DNA of 32,000 nucleotides from Kiritimatiella glycovorans (GTDB lineage: Bacteria > Verrucomicrobiota > Kiritimatiellia > Kiritimatiellales > Kiritimatiellaceae): NCBI RefSeq assembly GCF_001017655.1, contig NZ_CP010904.1, positions 2,370,001 through 2,402,000 on the forward strand, in the 5' to 3' direction. The position numbers and the translations under genes were made by a program. This document shows, piece by piece, positions 1 to 8,812 of this stretch; the first letter of the stretch is position 1, and each line of letters begins with the position of its first letter. The notes beneath the pieces were generated by a model. It was not told the DNA's origin, did not search any database, and saw only the letters and a list, made by a program, of their open reading frames with translations.

Positions 1-852
1 CTGAAGCAACACCTCAGCGAACGCACGGCGGCGGTCATGCTCACGAATCCGAACACGCTGGGCATTTTCCACGCCCATATCCGGGAGGTCGTGGCCTGTG
101 CGCACGAGCAGGGGGCGCTGGTCTACTACGACGGGGCGAATCTCAACGCGGTGCTCGGACGCTTCCGCCCCGGCGATGCGGGCATCGACGTGGTGCACGT
201 CAACCTCCACAAGACCTTCGGAACTCCGCACGGAGGCGGGGGGCCGGGCGCGGGTCCCGTCGGCGTGAACGGACGGCTGGAGCCGTTTCTGCCGGGACCG
301 CGCCCCGTGCGCTGCGGAGACGGGCAAATACGACTGGAAGACGCCGGCGGGAAATCCATCGGCCCCGTCGCCCCCTTCTACGGTCAGTTCGGGGTCTGCC
401 TCAAGGCGCTGGCGTATATCGAGCTGCTCGGCGGCGACGGACTGCGTGCGGTGAGCGAGGCGGCGGTACTGAATGCCAACTACCTGCGGCAGGCGTTGAA
501 GGACGACTACGAGCTTCCCTTCGATCATCCCTGCATGCACGAGTTCGTGCTTTCCGCTTCGAGACAGGCCGCGAACGGCGTTCACGCCACGGACATCGCC
601 AAGGGTCTGATCGAGGCCGGCATTCATCCGCCCACCGTCTATTTCCCGCTGATTGTCGAGGAGGCAATGATGTTCGAACCGACGGAGACGGAAAACCGTC
701 CCACGCTGGATCGGTTCATCGACGTCATGCGCGCGCTGGCGCGGCGCGCGAAAGAAGACCCCGGATCGCTGCAGGCCGCACCGCGCAACACCGCGGTTTG
801 CCGCCCGGACGAGACCGGCGCCGCACGCCGCCCGGACCTGTGTTCCGCGTAA
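1..852 (+). CDS. gcvPB: glycine dehydrogenase (decarboxylating) subunit 2 (GcvPB), C-terminal part; 5' end lies outside the window
   Basis: Frame 1 is open from base 1 (LKQHLSERTAAV precedes the listed M at 37). The PLP-lysine region VVHVNLHKTFGTPHGGGGPGAGPVGV is characteristic of P-protein beta subunits. Stop at 850-852. Confidence 0.9.
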   Translation: MKQHLSERTAAVMLTNPNTLGIFHAHIREVVACAHEQGALVYYDGANLNAVLGRFRPGDAGIDVVHVNLHKTFGTPHGGGGPGAGPVGVNGRLEPFLPGPRPVRCGDGQIRLEDAGGKSIGPVAPFYGQFGVCLKALAYIELLGGDGLRAVSEAAVLNANYLRQALKDDYELPFDHPCMHEFVLSASRQAANGVHATDIAKGLIEAGIHPPTVYFPLIVEEAMMFEPTETENRPTLDRFIDVMRALARRAKEDPGSLQAAPRNTAVCRPDETGAARRPDLCSA

Positions 853-941
853 CCCACAGATACCACAGAGGATACCGGGTTCGGGCTGGGGGACGACCAC
901 GGATTACGCCGACCGCACGGATGCGGATCTACCTCGCGGAA

Positions 942-1493
942 TCACCGGCTGCGGAGCATCCCGGGCAGTGCAGCGCTGGGGGGATAGGCGCAGAATCCGT
1001 TGACCGCATTGACGATGTCGATCATGAGGATCATGACCGACTGCTGGATTCCGGGTGCGGTCGACTCGCGCGGGCCGGCCACATTCAGAACGCACTCCGC
1101 GGGCGGCCCCTCCGCGCCGGACGGTCCGTCGAACCATCGTTTGACCTGCCGGACGGCGGCTTTCCGCTCCGTCTGCCGGAGATTGATATGGAGCCGGGGT
1201 TTTCGGTGAGCGTCCGCGAGGTCGAGGGTTTTCAGACTTCCGCCGGAGGGTTTGCCGAAGGTGAAGACCAGGGTGGCGTCGGAATCGACCACGTTGGCCT
1301 CCGTCCGCGCGGCATAGACCCCGGACTTCATCTCCCGCATCCGGTCGAACCGATCCGGGACCCGTCCTCCCTTCTCCGTCTTGCGCCCGGCGGGGACCCA
1401 GCCTCCGTGGGGCAGCGAGCAATACAGCGCGGCCTCCAGTGCCCCCTGATCGGCCCCGGTCTGCCCGCCGCTGACTATTTTTGCGATCGTCAT
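942..1493 (-). CDS. SLOG-superfamily protein, YpsA / 'putative molybdenum carrier'-like
   Basis: ORF 942..1535 trimmed to the first ATG (1491-1493); the listed start is TTG. The N-terminal motif IVSGGQTGADQGALEAAL is typical of this family. It lies 51 nt downstream of the kinase gene on the same strand. Confidence 0.7.
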   Translation of the reverse strand: MTIAKIVSGGQTGADQGALEAALYCSLPHGGWVPAGRKTEKGGRVPDRFDRMREMKSGVYAARTEANVVDSDATLVFTFGKPSGGSLKTLDLADAHRKPRLHINLRQTERKAAVRQVKRWFDGPSGAEGPPAECVLNVAGPRESTAPGIQQSVMILMIDIVNAVNGFCAYPPSAALPGMLRSR

Positions 1494-1544
1494 ATCCCCG
1501 TCAGCATCCCGATTAGGCGAGCGAGATGCAAGCAAGCGATTTCA

Positions 1545-3122
1545 TCAACCGTTCAACCGGCTCGCCGGAGGTTCGACTCCGGAGGTTCCGGGGACATCCG
1601 TCAGCGGTTCGAGGGGGAGCCGGACGGTGAAAACCGATCCCTCGGCCTCCCGGCTTTCGAGGCGTATCTGGCCTGCCATCAGTTCTGCGAGCTGCTGGCA
1701 GATGGCGAGGCCGATGCCGGCTCCGCCGTGCGCGCGCGTGGAGGAACTGTCGCCCTGCGAAAAGCAGTGGAAGATCTCCTCCCGCTGCCGGGCGGGAATG
1801 CCGATGCCGGTATCTTTGACGCGGATCTGCACTGCGGTTTTTCCGGACGTTTCCGGGAGCCCTCCCGCGGCATCGACACTTACCGCGATCTCGCCGGAAT
1901 CCGTGAATTTGACGGCGTTCTGCAGGAGATGGCGCAGGATGAGCGTGAGCGCGCCGGAGTCGCACCCGAACCATTCCGGCATATCCTCCGCGTAGCGCCA
2001 GCGAAGCCGCACGTCCTTGCCCGCGCTGCGCTCGCGGAAACCGGCGAGTACCGTGCACACGGTTTCGCGCAGGTTGACTTCCTCCCGCCGGATCTGAACC
2101 TGGCCGCTCTGCAGTTTCGACAGCTCGAGGATATCGGTGAACAGGTCCAGAAGGTTCTGTCCGGAGTCCTGGAGGAGGTGTACGTATTCATGCTGTTCTT
2201 CGCTCAATTCGGTGCGTTCGAGCATATCGGTGAGGCCGATCAAAGCGTTCATCGGCGTACGCACCTCGTGGCTCATGTTCGCCAGGAAGTCCTGCTGCAG
2301 GCGGTTCGCCTTCTCGGCCCGCTCCTTGGCCGTGCGCATATCCTCTTCAGCCTGCTTGCGCATACTGATGTCGCGCATGTGCAGGACGACGGCCTCTTCG
2401 CCCTGATGGCGGATGACGGTGCCGCTCACCTCCACGGCGATCGACGTACCCGAGGCGTTGTTTATCTTCATTTCCATCCACTGCAGCGATCCGTCGAACC
2501 ACTCCTTGAACCGACGGGCGACCGCGCCGCGCTCACACACGGGCACGAAATCAAACAGGGTGCGGCCGACCAGCTGCTCCGCCGTCCTGCCGCAAAGCGC
2601 GCAGGCCGCGGGATTGGCCTCCCGGATCCGGCCGGCGGGGTCCTGCACGAGAATCGGCTCCGGTGAGCGGTCGAAAAGCAGCCGAAACCACCTGCGGCTC
2701 TCCTCGATACGCCGCTCCCACTCGCGGCGCTGGGAGATCATCAGATTGAGCGCCTCGGCCATGGCACCCAATTCGTCCTCCCGCTCCACATCCGCATGCG
2801 TGTCCCAGTTGCCGCAGGCGACCTCCCCGGCCACACGCGCCAGTTCATGGACGGGCGCGGTGATCTGGCGAAGCATGAACCAGGACACGGCACCGGTGAC
2901 CGCGAAGACGACCGCACCCGTAAAGAGCACCAGCGAACCCCGCCGCAGAAAGACGACGGCCGGGATGCCCTCCTGCATCCACTGCCTCAGCTCCGCCGTG
3001 CCGGTGCCGGCCTCGACACCGTCCGGCGAGGCCAGAAAAACCCATGCACCGATGAGCAGCATGGCCATCAGCGCCACGAGAAACTGGTACAGCAGCAACC
3101 TTCTGGTCAGCGTCCCGACCAT
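1545..3122 (-). CDS. membrane sensor histidine kinase (2 TM, HAMP-like, PAS-like, HisKA, HATPase_c)
   Basis: Has H-box FLANMSHEVRTPMNAL, N box LLQNAVKFT, and G boxes DTGIGI and GGAGIGLAI, with hydrophobic N-terminal helices. Start set at ATG 3120-3122, with AAGGAG 12 nt upstream; the listed start 3161 is TTG. Confidence 0.9.
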   Translation of the reverse strand: MVGTLTRRLLLYQFLVALMAMLLIGAWVFLASPDGVEAGTGTAELRQWMQEGIPAVVFLRRGSLVLFTGAVVFAVTGAVSWFMLRQITAPVHELARVAGEVACGNWDTHADVEREDELGAMAEALNLMISQRREWERRIEESRRWFRLLFDRSPEPILVQDPAGRIREANPAACALCGRTAEQLVGRTLFDFVPVCERGAVARRFKEWFDGSLQWMEMKINNASGTSIAVEVSGTVIRHQGEEAVVLHMRDISMRKQAEEDMRTAKERAEKANRLQQDFLANMSHEVRTPMNALIGLTDMLERTELSEEQHEYVHLLQDSGQNLLDLFTDILELSKLQSGQVQIRREEVNLRETVCTVLAGFRERSAGKDVRLRWRYAEDMPEWFGCDSGALTLILRHLLQNAVKFTDSGEIAVSVDAAGGLPETSGKTAVQIRVKDTGIGIPARQREEIFHCFSQGDSSSTRAHGGAGIGLAICQQLAELMAGQIRLESREAEGSVFTVRLPLEPLTDVPGTSGVEPPASRLNG

Positions 3123-3276
3123 TACGGATACGATCTCCTTCCTGAACGCGCGCACGCCCAATCATGAGAGGAGCAGATCATATGCCGAAGCCGACGCGAA
3201 CACCGGAAACATGAGTATACCGGTCATTTACGAACGGCTGCGCTCGGGAGGGCGCATCCGATCGGTGGGCGCCTCA

Positions 3277-4464
3277 CTATTGAGAAACTTTTTCAGAAGC
3301 GAGAAACGCCTCGATCCGTTCCAGCGCCGCCCGGATGTGGTCCATGGAAGCGGCGAAACAGCAGCGTACGTACCCCTCGCCGCATTCGCCGAAGGCCGTG
3401 CCGGGGACCACGGCGACGTCCTTTTCCTCCAGCAGGCGCACCGCGAATTCCTTCGACGTCATACCCGTATCGCCGATCCACGGCATCATGTAGAAAGCGC
3501 CGTCGGGCCTCATGCACGGCAGCCCCATCGCCTCGAAGCGGGAGTGCATCACATTCCGGCGGCGACGGTATTCCGCGCGCATGGATTCCACATCCTCATC
3601 ACCGTTCTCCAGCGCCTCGATGGCGCCCTTCTGGCTGGGGGTCGGGGCGCAGAGCATCGTGTACTGATGGATTTTCATCATGGCCTCGATCAATTCCGCC
3701 GGCGCGCAGGCGAAGCCGAGCCGGTAGCCGGTCATCGACCACGCCTTCGACATGCCGTGCAGATAGACCGTGCGCTCTTTCATTCCGGGCTGCGAGATCA
3801 GCGAACAGTGATCGCGATCATAGGTCAGCTCACCGTAAATCTCGTCGCTGAGCACCAGCAGATCGCGTTCGCGGGCGAACGCCGCGATCTCCGCCACATC
3901 CGCGGGCTCCAGGGCGGCGCCGGTCGGATTGTTCGGATAGTTGAGCAGCAGCAGCCGCGTCCGTTCACCGGTACATTCCTCGAGTCGGGCGCGGGTCACG
4001 CGGAACCCGTGTTCGCTTCCGGTTTCCACGGCGACGGGCGTGCCGCCGGCCAGCCGGATGACGGGATTGTAGGAGACGTAGGAGGGCTCGTGGTAGAGGG
4101 CCTCATCGCCCGGCTCCAGCAGAGCGCGCATCGCCAGGTCGAGCGCCTCGCTGACGCCGACCGTCACCAGGATTTCGGTCTTCGGGTCGTACTCCACGCC
4201 GGTACGCCGTTTCACGTACGACGATATCGCGCGGCGCAGCTGCGGAAGACCGAGATTCGAGCTGTAGCTCGTCGCCCCGTGTTCGAGCGCGAAGATGGTG
4301 GCCTCGCGCACACGCCAGGGCGTGGCGAAATCGGGCTCGCCCACGCCGAGACTGATCACGTTGTCGCGGGCGGCAACCAGCTCGAAGAAATCGCGGATGC
4401 CGGAGCGGGGCAGGTCGCGCACGACCCGCCCCACCCGATCACGGGGAGACCTGGAGTCGTTCAT
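3277..4464 (-). CDS. class I/II pyridoxal-phosphate-dependent aminotransferase (AspC/PatA-like)
   Basis: N-terminal SGIRDFF, the NPTG motif (NYPNNPTG), and the PLP-lysine motif MSKAWSMTGYRLG. ATG at 4462-4464 is preceded by GAGGA. Confidence 0.9.
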   Translation of the reverse strand: MNDSRSPRDRVGRVVRDLPRSGIRDFFELVAARDNVISLGVGEPDFATPWRVREATIFALEHGATSYSSNLGLPQLRRAISSYVKRRTGVEYDPKTEILVTVGVSEALDLAMRALLEPGDEALYHEPSYVSYNPVIRLAGGTPVAVETGSEHGFRVTRARLEECTGERTRLLLLNYPNNPTGAALEPADVAEIAAFARERDLLVLSDEIYGELTYDRDHCSLISQPGMKERTVYLHGMSKAWSMTGYRLGFACAPAELIEAMMKIHQYTMLCAPTPSQKGAIEALENGDEDVESMRAEYRRRRNVMHSRFEAMGLPCMRPDGAFYMMPWIGDTGMTSKEFAVRLLEEKDVAVVPGTAFGECGEGYVRCCFAASMDHIRAALERIEAFLASEKVSQ

Positions 4465-4918
4465 ACTCGTCCTCGGAATGCATTAATACACCGTTCTGCT
4501 TATACGTCTTCAACATGAAGTGGGTCGCGGTGGAGTTGATCCCCTCGATGGTGGCCAGCTTGTCGCTCACGAACAGCGCGACCTCATGCAGCGTGCGGCC
4601 CGTGACGAACAGGAGCAGGTCGAAGGCCCCGGACATCAGGAACAGCGACTGCACCTCCGGGAAGCGGCTGATCCGTTCCGCGATCTCGTTGAATCCGTGC
4701 TCACGCTGGGGGGTGATCTTGACCTCGATCACGGCGGTCACTACATCGACGTCCAGCCGGTCTTCGTCGATCACGGCCTGATAGCCGCGAATGATCCCGC
4801 GTTGCTCATAATCCGCGATTCTCTGCCGGACATCCTCTTCGTTCGTGTCCAGCATCTGCGCGAGATTCTCGGGGGTCTCCAGCGCATTTTCCTGTAACAG
4901 GCGCAGCAGTTCGTCCAT
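4439..4918 (-). CDS. Lrp/AsnC-family transcriptional regulator
   Basis: N-terminal HTH (LLRLLQENALETPENLAQMLDTNEEDVRQRIADYEQRGIIRGY) and a C-terminal RAM/AsnC_trans_reg-like domain. Start is ambiguous: ATG 4918 has good SD spacing, while ATG 4927 abuts GGAGGA. The 3' end overlaps the aminotransferase start by 26 nt. Confidence 0.85.
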   Translation of the reverse strand: MDELLRLLQENALETPENLAQMLDTNEEDVRQRIADYEQRGIIRGYQAVIDEDRLDVDVVTAVIEVKITPQREHGFNEIAERISRFPEVQSLFLMSGAFDLLLFVTGRTLHEVALFVSDKLATIEGINSTATHFMLKTYKQNGVLMHSEDEYERLQVSP

Positions 4919-5031
4919 GGTCGCCATTCCTCCTTCCGGGGCCGCGGGTGCGCGGCTCGACAATGCTGTCGGAATGTGATAGCAGACCTGTCGCCGTAAT
5001 GACGAACGAAAACTTGACCCGGAACCCCACC

Positions 5032-6195
5032 ATGAAGCGCGATGAACAGAGGATGCACCTGGTCGCCGGAGCGCGGCGCGTGGTCGTCAAGGCCGGCACG
5101 CGTACGCTGGTTCAGCGCAGCGGGCGGCCGGACAGCCGGAGGATCGACACGCTGGTTTCGCAGCTCGCGGCGCTCCGGCGCGAGGGGCGCGAGGTCGTCG
5201 GCGTCTCCTCCGGCGCCATCGGGGCCGGGATCGAGGCGCTTGGATTGAAGACCCGGCCGGAATCGCTCCCCGAACTTCAGATGGCCGCGGCCGTGGGGCA
5301 GACCCGGCTCATGAGCCTGTATGAGAAGAGTTTCGCCCGCCGCCGCTGCCGGGTCGGGCAGATCCTGCTCACCCACGACGGACTCAAGGATCGCGAACGG
5401 CACCTCAACGCGCGCAGCACGCTGCTTCAGCTTCTCCATCACGGCATCGTTCCGGTCGTCAACGAAAACGACGTGGTCTCGAACGAAGAAATCAAGTTCG
5501 GCGACAACGATCTGCTGGCGGCGCTGGTGGCGATTCTGATCGACGCCGACGTACTGATCCTGCTGACCACGACGAACGGGCTTCGCGAGCCGCGAGCCGA
5601 CGGGAAGACGCGCCGGGTGCGTGCGGTCGAGGCCGTGGACGAGAACATCCTCTCGCTGGCCGGCGGCACGGGCGACGGACTCTCTACCGGCGGCATGGCC
5701 TCCAAGCTCCGCGCCGCCGAGCAGGCGGCGCATAACGGCATCCCGGTGATCATTGCGGACGGACGGCGGCGCGACACGGTGACGCGCATCTTCGCGGGCG
5801 AGGATGTCGGAACCCTGCTGCTGCCCCGCAAGGCGACGCTGTCGAAACGTAAACGGTGGATCGCCTTTTTCAACCGCGCCCAGGGCCGGATCGTGGTCGA
5901 TGAGGGCGCGGCGAAGGCGATCCGCACCGGCGGCCGAAGCCTGCTGCCGATCGGCATCCTGCGGGTCGAGGGGCGGTTTCCCGTCGGCGCGATGGTGAAC
6001 GTGGTCGATCGGGAGGGGGCGCTGATCGCCCGGGGCCTGGTGGAATACGGCAGCGAGAACCTGGAACGGGTCAAGGGCATGAAGACGGCGCAGATCGCCG
6101 AGGCGCTGGGGTCGAGTTATTACAACGAAGCGATCCATCGCGACCATATGGTGGTTCTGGATCGGGGGGAGGAGCGGCATTATGAGCCTGCATGA
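5032..6195 (+). CDS. proB: glutamate 5-kinase with C-terminal PUA domain
   Basis: Motifs VVVKAGTRTL, VSSGAIGAG, PVVNENDVV and FGDNDLLAALVA, with a PUA-like C-terminus (GRIVVDEGAAKAI...). Start is uncertain; in-frame ATGs occur at 4999, 5032 and 5053. Confidence 0.9.
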   Translation: MKRDEQRMHLVAGARRVVVKAGTRTLVQRSGRPDSRRIDTLVSQLAALRREGREVVGVSSGAIGAGIEALGLKTRPESLPELQMAAAVGQTRLMSLYEKSFARRRCRVGQILLTHDGLKDRERHLNARSTLLQLLHHGIVPVVNENDVVSNEEIKFGDNDLLAALVAILIDADVLILLTTTNGLREPRADGKTRRVRAVEAVDENILSLAGGTGDGLSTGGMASKLRAAEQAAHNGIPVIIADGRRRDTVTRIFAGEDVGTLLLPRKATLSKRKRWIAFFNRAQGRIVVDEGAAKAIRTGGRSLLPIGILRVEGRFPVGAMVNVVDREGALIARGLVEYGSENLERVKGMKTAQIAEALGSSYYNEAIHRDHMVVLDRGEERHYEPA

Positions 6196-7438
6196 AGAAA
6201 TCCGCGCTGTGGGGGATGCCGCCGTGGCGGCCTCGCGCCAGCTGGCCAAACTCACCGCCCGGCGGAAAAACGTCATCCTCGAGGCGATGGCCGACGAACT
6301 GGCGAACCGCCGGGAGGAGATCGCCGAAGCCAACCGGCGCGACCTGGATGAGGGGAAGGAAAGGCAACTCTCCTCTGCCATGCTCGACCGCCTCGAACTC
6401 ACCGACAAGCGCTTCGACGGCATGGTCAACGGTCTGACCAACGTGGCGGCGCTCAAAGATCCCGTGGGGTCCAAGATCTCGCGCTGGATTCGTCCCAACG
6501 GCCTCGAGATCAGGAAAATCCGGGTTCCGATCGGGGTGATCGGCATCATCTACGAGTCCCGCCCGAACGTGACCGCCGACGCCGCCGGCCTGTGCATCAA
6601 GACCTCGAACGCCGTGGTCCTGCGCGGAGGCAAGGAGTCGATCCACTCCAACCGGGCCATCGCCGCCGCACTCCAGGAGGGCGGCCAGAAAAAGGGCCTG
6701 CCGCCCGGGGCCGTGCAGCTCATCCAGACGACCGACCGGGACGCCGTGCGCGAACTGGTGCAGCTCGACGACTGCCTGGACCTGGTCATTCCGCGCGGCG
6801 GCGAAGCGCTGATCCGCGCGGTCACGGAGATGGCCCGGGTCCCGGTGATCAAGCATTACAAGGGGATCTGCCATACCTACGTGGATGCGGAAGCCGACCC
6901 CGAAATGGCATTGAGCATCTGCGAAAACGCGAAGTGTCAGCGTCCGGGGGTCTGCAATGCGATGGAAACGCTGCTGGTCCATAAAGACCTCGCGCCGACC
7001 TTCCTGCCGCGTATCGCGGAGCGGATGCAGGCTCGGGGCGTGGAACTCCGGGGCGATGAAACGGCGTGCGGCATCCTTTCCGATATCGCCGCGGCTTCGG
7101 AAGAGGACTGGTCCGAGGAGTATCTCGATATGATCCTGTCGGTCGCCGTGGTCGACGACGTCGAGGCGGCGGTGGCACACATCAACCGTTACGGATCCAG
7201 CCATTCCGATGCAATCATCACGAATTCGGACGCAGCGCGGAAAACGTTTCTCGCAGAAGTCGACTCCTCCACGGTGTACGTGAACGCATCCACCCGCTTC
7301 ACCGACGGCGGGGAGTTCGGCATGGGTGCGGAGATCGGCATCAGCACCGATAAACTTCACGCCCGCGGTCCCATGGGGCTCGAGGAACTGACTACCTACA
7401 AGTACGTGATCACCGGCAAAGGCCAGATCCGGGAGTGA
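6182..7438 (+). CDS. proA: glutamate-5-semialdehyde dehydrogenase (gamma-glutamyl phosphate reductase)
   Basis: The full-length aldehyde-dehydrogenase-like sequence contains GVIGIIYESRPNVT and a catalytic Cys region (PGVCNAMETLLVH). GGGAGGAG lies upstream of the ATG. It overlaps proB by 14 nt. Confidence 0.95.
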   Translation: MSLHEEIRAVGDAAVAASRQLAKLTARRKNVILEAMADELANRREEIAEANRRDLDEGKERQLSSAMLDRLELTDKRFDGMVNGLTNVAALKDPVGSKISRWIRPNGLEIRKIRVPIGVIGIIYESRPNVTADAAGLCIKTSNAVVLRGGKESIHSNRAIAAALQEGGQKKGLPPGAVQLIQTTDRDAVRELVQLDDCLDLVIPRGGEALIRAVTEMARVPVIKHYKGICHTYVDAEADPEMALSICENAKCQRPGVCNAMETLLVHKDLAPTFLPRIAERMQARGVELRGDETACGILSDIAAASEEDWSEEYLDMILSVAVVDDVEAAVAHINRYGSSHSDAIITNSDAARKTFLAEVDSSTVYVNASTRFTDGGEFGMGAEIGISTDKLHARGPMGLEELTTYKYVITGKGQIRE

Positions 7439-7446
7439 GTTTTTTT
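7410..7446 (+). terminator. possible intrinsic terminator after proA (weak stem, T7 run)
   Basis: TCACCGG...CCGG(gag)TGA can pair across the stop codon and is followed by TTTTTTT at 7440-7446. The stem is short and bulged. Confidence 0.3.
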
Positions 7447-7497
7447 CTCTTGCAAACAGTACGGCTTTAAGTACCCTGCGTCGTTCACTCTGACGAC

Positions 7498-7574
7498 GGG
7501 GGCGTAGCTCAATTGGTTAGAGTCCCAGACTGTCGATCTGGTTGTTGCGGGTTCGAGTCCCGTCGCTCCCGCCA
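7498..7574 (+). tRNA. tRNA-Asp (anticodon GTC), CCA encoded
   Basis: Manual cloverleaf of 77 nt. Acceptor GGGGGCG/CGCTCCC has one G-T pair. D arm is GCTC-AATTGGTTA-GAGT. Anticodon arm is CCAGA-CTGTCGA-TCTGG with GTC at positions 34-36. T arm is GCGGG-TTCGAGT-CCCGT. Discriminator is G, followed by CCA. Confidence 0.9.
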
Positions 7575-7620
7575 TTCAATCCTCCGCTCATGACCGACCG
7601 GCCGGCAGTCCGCCGCCTTC

Positions 7621-7698
7621 ACTCTGACTCCAACTCTGCTTCTTACTCTCATTCTAACTCTAAGTCTGACTCTGACTCTAACTCTGACTCTGACTCCG
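7621..7698. repeat. 13-unit degenerate hexanucleotide tract (ACTCTG/ACTCTA/ACTCCA...)
   Basis: Read directly: ACTCTG ACTCCA ACTCTG CTTCTT ACTCTC ATTCTA ACTCTA AGTCTG ACTCTG ACTCTA ACTCTG ACTCTG ACTCCG. It sits between the tRNA-Asp 3' end and the 3' end of the convergent gene. Confidence 0.85.
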
Positions 7699-7706
7699 CC
7701 CCGGCC

Positions 7707-8765
7707 TCACCCTTCTCCTCTCCATTCGCGCACCGTTTCAGTCATTGCAATAAATCCCTCGGGCGGCACATAGGAGGAGATCTGGTTGCCGGAACCCAGG
7801 GCGACGCCGCCGTGTCCCGTCGCCGTCCGCTCCAGAACTGCGCGTACGTAATCCCTGATCTCGTCCGGCGTGCGCAGGCACAGGACGTTCATCTCCACCC
7901 CCCCGAAATTGCCGATCCGGTCGCCGTAACGCTCGACCCAGACATCGAAGCGGTCGATGGCATCCTCGTTGGAGTGTTTGGCGTCAATGCCCGCGTTCCC
8001 GATCAGGTCATCCATCACCTCGTAGATCTTCCCGCAGGAGTGCAGCAGGAATGGCTTGTTCTTCGAATGGACCAGATCGATGAGCCTTTTGTACTGGGGA
8101 ATGACGTGTTTGCGGATTTCTTCCGGCTGCAGCAGCGTCGCGGACCGGAATCCGAGATCGTCGCCGAACCGGCAGACGGCGAAGCTGTCGGCATGGTTTT
8201 CGAGCAGCCACGACCACAGCGTGAACTGCAGGTCGCCGACCCGCTGCCAGAGCGCTTCGTAAGCCTCCGGATCGTCGACCTGCAGATAGGCGAGCTTTTC
8301 AAAAGGCACGAAATCCTGCGCCGCCTCGAAGATGCCGTTGCCCACGCCGCCGACCGCCTTCATCCCTTCCGGCAACGCCGCGCGCAGGGCGTCGTAATAT
8401 CCGCTGAACCGATTGATGAACTCCGCGGGCTTTTCGTCCCAGGGATAGGCGTCGATGTCCCTCTTCGACTCAAACAGCGGCCCCTCCAGCCCGCAGAGAC
8501 CGCGTCCATCCTGCACGATCCTGACCACGTTGCACTCGAACGGAACCACGTCGTACCCGTGCATCCTCGCGAACTCCGCCATCCGCCGGAAGCCCTCCGT
8601 CTTGTCGGCGAGGTCCCCCTCAAAAAGCGCGCCGACCTCCCTGCCCAAAATCGCTTCCATCACTTCGACACTGAATCCGTGCTCATAAAGCGGAAGCCGC
8701 GCCGCCTCACGGTTGTACGCCGCGTCTACCAGATGACGGTAATCCGGTTCAAACGTATGATTCAT
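7707..8765 (-). CDS. uroporphyrinogen decarboxylase (URO-D) family protein (MtaA/methyltransferase-like clade; function unknown)
   Basis: ORF 7707..8942 trimmed to ATG 8763-8765 (MNHTFEPDY), which has AAGGAGAG 6 nt upstream. Length (~352 aa) and pattern (FGDDLGF..., HSCG..., GSGNQI) fit the URO-D fold family. Confidence 0.8.
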   Translation of the reverse strand: MNHTFEPDYRHLVDAAYNREAARLPLYEHGFSVEVMEAILGREVGALFEGDLADKTEGFRRMAEFARMHGYDVVPFECNVVRIVQDGRGLCGLEGPLFESKRDIDAYPWDEKPAEFINRFSGYYDALRAALPEGMKAVGGVGNGIFEAAQDFVPFEKLAYLQVDDPEAYEALWQRVGDLQFTLWSWLLENHADSFAVCRFGDDLGFRSATLLQPEEIRKHVIPQYKRLIDLVHSKNKPFLLHSCGKIYEVMDDLIGNAGIDAKHSNEDAIDRFDVWVERYGDRIGNFGGVEMNVLCLRTPDEIRDYVRAVLERTATGHGGVALGSGNQISSYVPPEGFIAMTETVREWRGEG

Positions 8766-8812
8766 CAACCCTCTCCTTTTTATCATTACCAATCTTTTAT
8801 CCCATAATAACC

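Noticed and set aside
853-941. Short hairpin CCGCA-CGGA-TGCGG between the convergent gcvPB and SLOG genes, considered as a bidirectional terminator
   Set aside because: It has only a 5-bp stem and no flanking T/A runs, which is too weak to annotate.
798-7360. Very long ORFs antisense to or out of frame with the called genes (798..2666 +, 2413..4518 +, 4771..6549 -, 6071..7360 -). Similar ones occur later (7542..8807 +, 9000..9752 -, 9818..10804 -, 12126..14162 -, 14355..15323 -, 16260..17234 +, 17581..18432 +, 18606..19556 +, 19759..20997 -, 20950..22284 +, 21248..22291 -, 22185..22922 +, 24963..25760 -, 27696..28727 -, 29616..30551 -, 30555..31274 -).
   Set aside because: Their composition is Arg/Gly/Pro/Ala-rich and they have no recognisable motifs. 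Each is fully shadowed by an ORF on another frame or strand that has clear family signatures. This is typical stop-codon-poor antisense frames in high-GC DNA.
7621-7698. Hexamer tracts and repeated intergenic blocks considered as a CRISPR array
   Set aside because: The period is 6 bp with no spacers. The larger repeats are 70-190 nt, palindromic and dispersed. No cas genes are in the window.
7498-8000. tRNA-Asp considered as the attachment site of a genomic island
   Set aside because: There is no integrase gene, and I could find no direct repeat of the tRNA 3' end elsewhere in the window. The flanking genes look chromosomal.
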